NCBI RefSeq assembly: GCF_032444005.1
Contig: NW_027193546.1
Location: 558,001-622,000, forward strand
Direction: 5' to 3'
Source: Ranitomeya imitator
Lineage: Eukaryota
DNA: 64,000 nt
The position numbers and the translations under genes are program-made. Below the pieces are notes generated by a model. It worked only from the letters and a program-made list of their open reading frames with translations. It was not told the origin of the DNA and did no database searches. This document shows, piece after piece, positions 1 to 10,961 of the stretch; position 1 is the first letter of the stretch, and each line of letters starts with the position of its first letter.

Positions 1-300
<300 letters not shown>

Positions 301-887
301 AAACGTTCGCTTTGGACAGAATAGATAAGGGGTGAAAACAGATATCTGTCCTGGAGCAGAAGGAAATGCAGAAATATTCTGTTGACTTGTTGTTTGCACT
401 TGTTGGACTTGTGTCTTCTATCAGCCATATATTGCACTGACAGTCTGGCGGGTGAGGGGTTAATTCCTGTCAGGAGGAGGCTCCTCACTCACCCGCTTAT
501 TATCCTGTGCAGATCCCCTGTGGTGTCCGCGCTTATACTATCACAGCCTGACTGAGACAAGTCTCCTATGTTCTGCCCGGAGCCTGATGTGACGCTGCCG
601 GGTCTCGGGTGGGGGAAGTCGCCGCTTCTGTAAAGCGAGTGTGTAGTGGGGGGTCAGCACACACGGACACTGAGGAGTTAAATGGAGGCGGATATTCCTG
701 TATCTGGGATTGGTCGGCGCCTGCGGATGTCTCTCGCTCATTGGCTGATTACAGATCCGTTGCTGGTTTTGAATTCCCCGCTCAGTTTCTGCTCTTTGTC
801 CGTCGGGTTTATTACCGGCCCCTTTGCTGGAGCGGCGATCGCTGATAATACCGGGTCCTGTCATCCCAGCTGTCTGCCCCCAAACAC

Positions 888-1780
888 CTCCGTGTCCTTG
901 ACCTGAGTGCACACCATTATCCTTGTTCATGTGATTTTTTGCTTGGTGTAGCACCGGTTTACCAGATGACGTCTGACATCTTCGCATACGACGACGCAAC
1001 CAGTTCCAGCATCTTATCGCAAGTTTCAAACTCAAGTGAATTCTTGAAAACCCCTCCCCATGAGTTGAGGACGAGGGACTACGAGAATTAGCGACGAAAA
1101 TTAATCTCATATGATTTACACTGCATAACTTTGGCAGAACATCATAAACAGGGCAAGATCCCGAGAGGTCTTAGGTGCAACCTGCGCCCAACACTTTTTT
1201 CTGAAGATCCCGATTACTGTGACAAATACAAGAGAATACTAAATAAATGTTCTTTAGACATCATTATTCTGACCATTGAATTTCTACAAAAGGCTATTAC
1301 GGAAACAAAGGACAGTATTAGAGCAATTGAAACACAACTATCTTCTACATTGGCATCCACAGACTCTTACTTTTCGCTGCTCCGGACAGTATTCCCTTCA
1401 TCGCCTCTGGTTGCCTTGTAAATATTGTACATATTATATTTTATATTTTGGTGTATGTTTATTATTTTGTCTTTTTTGTTCTTATTCGTTTTCTATTACA
1501 TATAATGTTATGTCACATACAGTTACTTATACTGTTTATTTGCTTTCCTAGTAACCCCATGAATAAGACCCGGGAGGGTCGAAACGTCGGGTTTCTATCT
1601 ACGAATTATCACAGTGGCAATTGTTGACTTGTTTTCGTGAATAAATCTGGCATATACCTTTTGCATCATACCAGTTTCGAGTGTGCGGTATTTTTTCTTC
1701 TACTATTAACTTGACCACACGGTCTGTTTTACCAGCACCTCCGTGTCCTTGACCTGAGTGCACACCATTATCCTTGTTCA
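888..1780 (+). mobile_element. Truncated Penelope-like element (ORF N-terminus plus terminal repeat with hammerhead)
   Basis: ATG at 966 opens a frame with IPRGLRCNLRPTLF...LNKCSLDIIIL, resembling amphibian PLE ORF N-termini (TAG at 1089). About 45-nt terminal direct repeat (888-931 and ~1738-1782). 13-bp TSD TGCCCCCAAACAC at 875-887 and 1781-1793. Empty paralogous site at 6191-6203. Confidence 0.75.
1553..1593 (+). ncRNA. Minimal type I hammerhead ribozyme motif (A3:U8 variant)
   Basis: AACCCC-ATGAATA-A-GACCC(GGGA)GGGTC-GAAAC-GTC-GGGTT: stem I, core, GNRA-capped stem II, GAAA, palindromic ACGT stem III, GUC cleavage triplet (after 1588). AATAAA at 1640. Confidence 0.7.
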
Positions 1781-2429
1781 TGCCCCCAAACACGGGCGGG
1801 GATCGGTCGCCATTATTACTCTGGGGAGGTTATAATAACCTTCATAGGCGCCATCCATCCGAAACATTAGTGTCCGGGACGTGGTCATCACATAGGAGTC
1901 TCCGTACCCGGTACACAGGGCGTCCATCTATCCAGCTGCCTCAGACAGCCACATTCCCTGTGAATATTCGCTGCCCTATTCACCCCACACGGATCTGATC
2001 AGGAGAATATTACTGTACAGCCCATTTCCCTGTAATTCCGTGTTCTATTTATTTTATATATCAATAAGAAGAAACCGCATTTGTGCTGTGATGGGAGTCA
2101 CCAGTACTTGGGGCATCTTACAGTCAGACTTGTGATCGGATCTCTCTGCACTGCAGTGGTTTTATCTCACGTCATATTAACCCTATGAGATCTATGGCAT
2201 TCGTTTTACATTATTACATCTAGTGCTAGAGGATCCTATCCTGCAATTGTATTGGGATATTTCTCCCATGATTCGTTGTTCCCCTCCACATTCTCGGAAC
2301 TTCTACATGTGGGCAAAACAGAATTCATTGTCTTTCCCACATCACACGCAACCCCCCAACGAACCTATCCATTACAGGAAACGGCTGCCCACTCTCCTCA
2401 GTCCAAGTTCGCTGCCTCGGGGTAATCCT

Positions 2430-3228
2430 TGACACTCATCTCTCCTTCAAACCTCATATCCAAGCCCTTTCCACTTCCTGCCGCCTTCAACTCAAAATAT
2501 TTCAAGGATCTGTAGATTTCTAAACCAAGAATCTGCAAAAACCCTAGTCTATGCCCTCATCATCTCCCGCCTGGACTACTGTAACCTCCTGCTCTGTGGC
2601 CTCCCCTCTAACACTCTCGCACCCCTCCTATCTATTCTAAACTCTCCTGCCCGACTAACCAACCTGTCCCCCGCTATTCCCCGGCCTCTCCCCTCTGTCA
2701 ATCCCTTCACTGGCTCCCCATTACCCAGAGACTCCAGTACAAAAGCCTAACCATGACATACAAAGCCATCCACAAAATGTCTCCTTTATACATCTGTGAC
2801 CTCCTCTCCCGGTACTTTCCTGCAACCTCCGATCCTCACAAGATCTCCTTCTCTACTCCCCTCTTATCTCCTCTTCCCACAATCGCATACAAGATTTCTC
2901 TTGCGCATCACCCCTACTCTGGAACCCTCTACCACAACACATCAGACTCTCACCTACCATGGAAACCTTCAAAAAGAGCCTAAAGACCCACCTCTTCCGA
3001 CAAGCCTACAACCTGCAGTAACCACCACTGATCGACCAGCTCTACCTTCACCTACTGTATCCTCATCCATCCATTGTAGATTGCGAGCCCTCGTGGGCAG
3101 GGTCCTCTCTCCTCCTGTACCAGTTATGACTTGTATTGTTCAAGATCATTGTACCTGTTATTATGTATACCCCTCCTCACATGTAAAGCGCCATGGAATA
3201 AATGGCGCTATAATAATAAATAATAATA
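2430..3228 (+). mobile_element. L2-type LINE 3' fragment
   Basis: Encodes LVYALIISRLDYCNLLLCGLP...HWLPITQRLQYKSLTMTYKAIH, the L2 RT C-terminal signature, frameshifted. L2-like 3' UTR ending in a (TAA)n-like tail at 3210-3228. Confidence 0.85.
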
Positions 3229-3860
3229 TTGCCCGAGAGCCGCCAGTCCTGACACTAGATGAAGCGGGGGAGGAAAAGTGATAGAACAGAAGGACGATCA
3301 GTAACTGAGCAGGGATCCTGTGAGGAGGATGTGACGGCCGATAATGTAACTGCCTGACCTGTGAGATCCTGACACCACAGGGTAATGTTCTGAGCAGGGA
3401 CACTCCGCAATCTTCTACACATGATCCTACATTTCCCATCACAGACCTCCTGCCTGCAGCCGTAGGACTGATCTGTAATGGGGAGACATGGTGGGATCTG
3501 CTGGGAAGGGCAGAATTGGTCTTCCCTGAAATGTCTCTTGTAGGATATGTCCCTGACCAGTATATCGTCTCAACAATACGGATTGTGACGGGAAAGGGAC
3601 GATCTGATCGTCTCCAGGTCAGACACACGGGAACATCACAGCATGTGGAGAACACGAATCATTCTCTATATCCATGAGAGGAAACCGGAGCGGATACAGC
3701 GCCGCTAACCTGGAAATCTGCAGATTCCTGTGTGGGATGTAAGAGACCAATGATCGCTCAACACAAGCAGATTTCCCGATATCGGTCCTGGGACCAGGTG
3801 TTATATGAAGACAAAAGACGGAAAAAAGCGGGAACCGTAAACGTGTTACCATTGGAAACA

Positions 3861-3943
3861 TTAGCTCCTCCCTCTGCTGATTGGCTGAACACAGGACGGT
3901 TGGGGGTTTGAATTTCCCGCCGCTTCTAAATGTAATGACGTCA
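3861..3943. promoter_or_regulatory. CCAAT / Myb-like / CHR / E2F cassette followed by CRE
   Basis: ATTGG 3880, CGGTTG 3897, TTTGAA 3907, TTTCCCGC 3913, TGACGTCA 3936. No intact gene immediately downstream. Confidence 0.55.
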
Positions 3944-4256
3944 CTTACACTGTAAAAAGAATCCAGATTAGGCTCTAGATCAACTCCACCACAAATGGCT
4001 CCTGTTACCTGAGAAACGAGAGTAATGAACTAATAAACGAGACCCCAGAATGCCGAGATCTGTGCAGCAAGGAGTTAAATAAGAAGTCCCTGAATACACA
4101 TCAACTCGCTGAGCAATGCCCAGATTATTCCTGAGATTTTCTCACCATCTCCCTCGTCACCAGGCGCAGAGCCCCGGGCGGAGCGAGCAGACACCTCGGG
4201 GAGACGGGAGAGGACACCGGAGCAGTGTGGGTGGCTCTTATAGTGAGGGTGTGGGT

Positions 4257-4272
4257 GGCTCTTAGAAGAGCC
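4257..4272 (-). terminator. H2B histone 3' stem-loop
   Basis: Minus strand AAA-GGCTCTTCTAAGAGCC-ACCCA. Copies at 36299-36314 and 60319-60334. Confidence 0.93.
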
Positions 4273-4302
4273 TTTGGGGTGAGGAGCGGAGCACGGANNN
4301 NN

Positions 4303-4701
<399 letters not shown>

Positions 4702-4747
4702 TCAGTACAAGTGAGAAGAATAATGATCCTGCGCCTCCAAGAGCGGC

Positions 4748-4860
4748 GGAATTTATAGCCCGGCCATGCAGATGAGCACTGCTGTCAGACCGCCGTTCTA
4801 TTGGGTGATGAAGTCATGTGACCAACGAGAACGTTAGACCACTGCAGCTGATTGGTGGTT
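4748..4860 (-). promoter_or_regulatory. H2B promoter (TATA, octamer-like element, CCAAT)
   Basis: GCTATAAATT on the minus strand near 4751-4760. ATGCAGAT at 4766-4773 is one mismatch from the octamer ATGCAAAT. ATTGG near 4800 and 4851. Confidence 0.65.
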
Positions 4861-5459
4861 TCCCAAATCATTGCTTCATCTTTGCAGCGGGGATGCTGTA
4901 TAGCGATGTAAAACCCTGTATAATGCTCTATACATCTAAATAGTGCTGTGAAGCTCCATATACCGCAGTGCACCCTCATATAGCGCTGTATGTGTTCATG
5001 TTCTATTTACCCTTCATAGTGCTGTTATTCATCTGAATAGTGCAGAGTACCCCCATATACTGCAACCTACTGACAAATGACTGTGCCACATTATGCAGGC
5101 AGTTACAGTACAGCGCTCGACATGTTACACTCCGTATAGTGCAGTAATATCTCCAGATGGTGCTGGAAACCCCAGCTAGTCAGCTGTGCCAGGACTGCAA
5201 ACCCTGTGAATTCAGTGAGATGTTTCGGTAGTAGCCGCACCCAGTTTTCTAGGAAGAGCCGGCTTCCCTCAGGAGCTGTGTCCCCTGTATAAACTGCACT
5301 TATCCCTCCTGTGTGTGATCTCAGTAACATGAAGCCGGATCAGTCACTTCAGCCACGAATCTCTGCTCTGTGGTGACCGCAGTACAGTGGAGCACGGATC
5401 GTGTATAGTGACCTCTATATACCGCCTGGTGCAGTGTGAACCATCAGTGTGATCAGCGG

Positions 5460-5590
5460 TGCGGCTCTTAGGAGGAGGATGTGGGGGCTCTTAGAAGAGC
5501 CTTTGAGTGTGTGGACAGATGTGGAGGAGCGGAGTTTACAGTCCTGGCACAGCAGACTAGCCGCTTCCTGGATCTACGAGGAAACGGCCA
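5460..5590 (-). pseudogene. Decayed H2B 3' fragment with intact stem-loop and downstream element
   Basis: Stem-loop GGCTCTTCTAAGAGCC at 5486-5501, then TAAGAGCCGC. Upstream TCC TCG TAG ATC CAG GAA GCG GCT AGT CTG CTG TGCCAGGA aligns by eye to H2B SREIQTAVRLLLPG. Shares GAGGAGCGGAG with the H2B 3' UTR. Confidence 0.6.
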
Positions 5591-5694
5591 TTATCTGTCT
5601 CAATCACTGCACAAAGTCCTCCTTCAATAAGGGCTAATTTCCAGCTATCTGCAGATTATTCCGAGGCTGAGTTCTGCGAGCGACACTCAATTTG

Positions 5695-6400
5695 CACTGA
5701 CAGTCTGGCGGGTGAGGGGTCAATCCCTGTCAGTGTTTCTCCTCCGCTCCATCTGCACAGGAGGCGGCTCCTCACTCACCCGCGTATTATCCTGTGCAGA
5801 TCCCCTGTGGTGTCCGCGCTGATCCTATCACAGCCTGACTGAGACAAGTCTCCTATGTTCTGCCCGGAGCCTGATGTGACGCTGCCGGGTCTCGGGTGGG
5901 GGAAGTCGCCGCTTCTATAAAGCGAGTGAGTAGTGGGGGTCAGCACACACGGACACTAAGGAGTTAATGGGGGCGGATGTTCCTGTATCTGGGATTGGTC
6001 GGCGCCTGTGGATGTCTCTCGCTCATTGGCTGATTACAGATCCGTTGCTGGTTTTGAATTTCCCGCTCAATCGCTTTTCTTTATCCGTCGGATTATTACC
6101 GGCCCCTCTGCTGGAGCGGCGATCGCTGTGTATACCGGTGGGAGCAGCTCTACCCCGCTGATAATACCGGGTCCTGTCCTCCCAACTGTCTGCCCCCAAA
6201 CACGGGGATCAGTCGCCATTATTATTCTGAGGAGGTTATAATAGTCTTCAGAGGCGACATCCATCCGACACATTAGTGTCCAGGACTTGGTCATCACACA
6301 GGAGCCTCCGTACCCGGTACACAGGGCGTCCATCTATCCAGCTGCCTCTTACAGCCACATTCCCTGTACACGGATCTGATCAGGAAATTATCACTGCGGC
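5695..6400 (+). repeat. Paralog of the H2A upstream block (433-887 plus 1794-2010) lacking the Penelope insertion
   Basis: Long stretches are nearly identical to 433-887 and continue directly into the homolog of 1794-2010. Confidence 0.85.
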
Positions 6401-7110
6401 CCAGTGCGGATATATATCCCCCATGAATCCATGTTATCTTTGTAGGTCAATGAGAAGAAACCGCATCACCCGAAGTCCGCGGTGAAAGACGGGGGAGCAG
6501 ACACGGCCCCAGTATGTCAGGACCCGGGAGCATACAACTAGCACGTCCCAGGCTGAGGCCGGTACTACAGGCAGCCGCACAGGGGATATTTTGCCCTGCA
6601 GAGACGCTGAGCCGGATACTAATCAATCAGCGCCCAATAAGAACAGGATCTTAAATGTCTAGACAGAATATTAACCTACATTTGGAAACCGCCCGGAACA
6701 CCCCCTGATTAGAGCTGTAGAGAGATCTGCTTCCAATAAGCCTTTCCACGTCAGGATATCCTTCGGAAACTGAATGTGTGGGAATATGGTTAAAGAGACC
6801 CTACTCCCAGATCATACACACACGGAATCCGTCGGGTACAAAACAGGATTTGCAAATAGGTCTCACAACCAAAAGCAGCGACAGAACCATCCGCCCAAAA
6901 ACGGCATCAGAGGACGTTACCGAACTGCGGATCAGGGTCAGAATTACCATTCCCCACAATTATTTGGCCGATGGTAGTTTTCGACTATTCAGTATTCGGA
7001 GCGTAAATTCGGCACCGATGAGTGTTCTACTAACATTACAGCGACATCACCACAGCAGAGAAATGAGATCCTAGCAGTCAGGTGCAGCCTCTCACTTAGA
7101 AGATGTGGGT

Positions 7111-7126
7111 GGCTCTGAAAAGAGCC
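7111..7126 (-). terminator. H4 histone 3' stem-loop
   Basis: Minus strand AAA-GGCTCTTTTCAGAGCC-ACCCA. Copies at 39153-39168 and 63173-63188. Confidence 0.95.
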
Positions 7127-7156
7127 TTTGGGTTGTGAAGACAGAAGAGAACACAA

Positions 7157-7477
<321 letters not shown>

Positions 7478-7514
7478 TTAATGAGCAAAAACTGATTCCT
7501 GAGCCTCAGGGACT

Positions 7515-7665
7515 GCACCTTTATATGGAGGGAGAATGGACCAGAGAGAGAACTGCAGAGATGACGCACTTCCGGGACGGGGCTTACAGAATCTACATTA
7601 GCTCCTCCCTTTCTCTGCTGATTGGCTAAATACTAAACTGTAGGGAAGTTTGATTTTCCCGCTCA
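7515..7665 (-). promoter_or_regulatory. H4 promoter (TATA, GGTCC element, CCAAT, CHR/E2F-like cassette)
   Basis: CCATATAAAG on the minus strand near 7520-7529, GGTCCATT, ATTGG 7621, TTTGAT-TTTCCCGC 7649-7662. Confidence 0.7.
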
Positions 7666-7932
7666 TTGCTCAGTTTCTGCAATTATCTTTCCAGCTTCTA
7701 TTATGTGTAATTTCCTTCCCTTATGATTGAGGGTATCCTAAATATTGTCATTACTGTTCCAGATCATGGTGGATCATATCTTCCACAACAGATGATGCCC
7801 CCAGTTACCCTCCACACAGTATGATGCCTCCTACACAGTAAGATACCCACACAGCAGGATGTCCCCACAGTTACTGTGTGGGGGTATAATACCCCCAGTA
7901 ACTCCCCAAACAGTATGATGCCCTAAGTCCCC

Positions 7933-7936
<4 letters not shown>

Positions 7937-7968
<32 letters not shown>
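7937..7968. repeat. (CA)n microsatellite, shorter in copy 2 (~39977-39996)
   Basis: Direct reading of the sequence. Confidence 0.9.
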
Positions 7969-7971
<3 letters not shown>

Positions 7972-8000
7972 TGATGCACCCACAGTTATCCCCTATACAA

Positions 8001-8517
8001 TGTAACATAGTAACATAGTTAGTAAGGCCGAAAAAATACATTTGTCCTTCCAGTTCAGCCTATATTCCATCATAATAAATCCCCAGATCTACGTCCTTCT
8101 ACAGAACCTAATAATTGTATGATACAATATTGTTCTGCTCCAGGAAGACATCCAGGCCTCTCTTGAACCCCTCGACTGAGTTCGCCATCACCACCTCCTC
8201 AGGCAAGCAATTCCAGATTCTCACTGCCCTAACAGTAAAGAATCCTCTTCTATGTTGGTGGAAAAACCTTCTCTCTTCCAGACGCAAAGAATGCCCCCTT
8301 GTGCCCGTCACCTTCCTTGGTATAAACAGATCCTCAGCGAGATATTTGTATTGTCCCCTTATATACTTATACATGGTTATTAGATCGCCCCGTCTTTTTT
8401 CTAGACTAAATAATCCTAATTTCGCTAACCTATCTGGGTATTGTAGTTCTCCCATTCCCTTTATTAATTTTGTTGGCCTCCTTTGTACTCTCTCTAGTTC
8501 CATTATATCCTTCCTGT
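8001..8517 (-). mobile_element. CR1 LINE 3' fragment
   Basis: ELERVQRRPTKLIKG...TRGHSLRLEERRF...GFFTVRAVRIWNCLPEEVV is the CR1 RT C-terminus. Tail TAACTATGTTACTATGT. Confidence 0.9.
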
Positions 8518-8939
8518 GGATGTGATACCCCCAGAGCGTCCCAACCTCAGCGTAATGCAATGATAGACATTTGTTCATTTTCTGATGAAGAACTTCCATA
8601 AATGGAGATTTGGAAGGACGAAAGAAGCAAGTGAAATTAGAAGAGATTTCCCATCATTTAATCACCAGATGATGGTACTTCATTTATGCCGTTACCTCAT
8701 GTACCAATTACAACCCAGAAAGACATTTTATGCATTTTGTTTTATATAAAATATCATGCTTTAATGCAAAATTACAGGAACCTGCTCATAATTGTAAAGT
8801 ACAAATTAGTTTGTTGGTGTTTTTTTTTAATTCATTGCTTTAATGTAAAAACTGTACAGGCAGCAAGAGGGTTAAACACCAGTGTAACTGAAAAATAATC
8901 CTTACTACATCGCCCTCTATAGTGCCAGAGGCATTTACC

Positions 8940-9340
8940 TTATACATTCGAGTATAATCTGAGATTTGCAGCCATTTTTTTTAGGCTGAAAGTGCCCCTC
9001 TCGTCTTATACTGGAGTCATTGTACCAGGGGGTCGGCGGCTGGCACATCATACTCACCTCATACTGGCGCGGTCTCTGCTTCTCAGATAGTCTCTGGCGC
9101 CTGCATCTCTTCCTGTAATGAGTGGTACCACGTGACCACTAAACAAAGTAATGAATACATACGTGGCTCCACTCCCACAGGCGTGGAGCGCATATTCATT
9201 ACTTTAATGAGCGGTACCATGACGAACACAGGAACAAGTTGCCGGCACCAGAGACCATCGGAGAAGCAGGGACTTGCAGAGACGCTGCCAGGAGGGTGAG
9301 TATGACGGGGGAGGGTGAGCCATGCATATTCACCTGTTCC
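8940..9340. mobile_element. Partial palindromic MITE (Tc1/pogo-like terminus)
   Basis: TTCGAGTATAA...GTCTTATACTGGAGT terminus. Nested inverted repeats CATACTCACC/GGTGAGTATG, GGTCTCTG/CAGAGACC and AAGTAATGAATA (9146-9157)/TATTCATTACTT (9193-9204). Copy at ~40969-41369. Confidence 0.6.
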
Positions 9341-10097
9341 GACGCGTATCCGGGGGAGATTGCTAGTAGAAATTTTGTAATTAGCTCCTATCTCCTCCCT
9401 TTCGTCTGATTGGTTGAGCACAGAACGGTTGGAGATTTTGAATTTTCCACTTATTGTGCTCTTCTTTTCCCGCTTCTCTATTCTTCTCATCTCAGCGTCG
9501 CTTAGATCTGTTGGTTATTTTGATTTTTACTTCCGTTGTAGTTTCGGTTGTTATTTTCCAGCTTGTTATAAAGTAGAATAAAAAATACATTTTAAGGACA
9601 CTGATCTACAGATAACTCATCTGATCCCCGGCAGTCACTCATCATTACACGTGGTGCCCGACTGGTGGCCATTACCGGTCACTGCAGAGCAGGGAGCTGT
9701 ATGTAACCAGACCCCCGGCGGCACCAGCCACAGATAAGATGAGAAAACTCAAATATATGATAATTACAACCTAAAGCCGCAAGACTGCAGAGGCGGCACT
9801 AGGACCCCATTTACGTCTGCGCTGTACAGAAACCGCGCCTCCACCACCAAAGACCCGGGCTGTGCACAGCGCACACTTTACCCTGTCCTTATAAAACGTC
9901 AGTCATGTAATTGATGTCGCACTTTTGGACTTGGTGAGAATAAAGGATGCGCGGAGCGGTAACTGGAATATCGCGGATCACCTACAATATCGGACACAGC
10001 AGCCGGCTATTACCTTTCCTGACCGCGCTCCGTATATGGAGAATACGCGCAGAAGAGAAACCGTTCAGGACTCGGCTCATTTGTGGGAGGATTTGGT

Positions 10098-10113
10098 GGC
10101 TCTGAAAAGAGCC
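10098..10113 (-). terminator. H3 histone 3' stem-loop
   Basis: Minus strand AAA-GGCTCTTTTCAGAGCC-ACCAA. Copy at 42127-42142. Confidence 0.95.
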
Positions 10114-10142
10114 TTTGTGTTGTGGTCGCAGCCGGGGCAGAT

Positions 10143-10790
<648 letters not shown>

Positions 10791-10961
10791 TCAGATCACT
10801 CATTTGCCGCTGCTGGAGCAGCTGATGTATCTGCGTTGAAATGTCCCCGTGTATAGCGCTGTACAGTGCAGCTCCCACATTATCGTCAGATCACACAAAC
10901 CCCCCATCCTGAGACTGCGCCCAGCATCAGTTATATTAAAAACATTACAAGTAGGAAAACC

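Noticed and set aside
3230-3860. 164-aa and 80-aa minus-strand ORFs between L2 and H2B
   Set aside because: No recognisable protein motif, promoter or stem-loop, so the region is left unassigned.
8518-8599. 5' extension of the CR1 ORF (MEVLHQKMNK...)
   Set aside because: CR1 similarity stops near 8517, and the extension is flanking sequence shared with the H4 inverted duplication.
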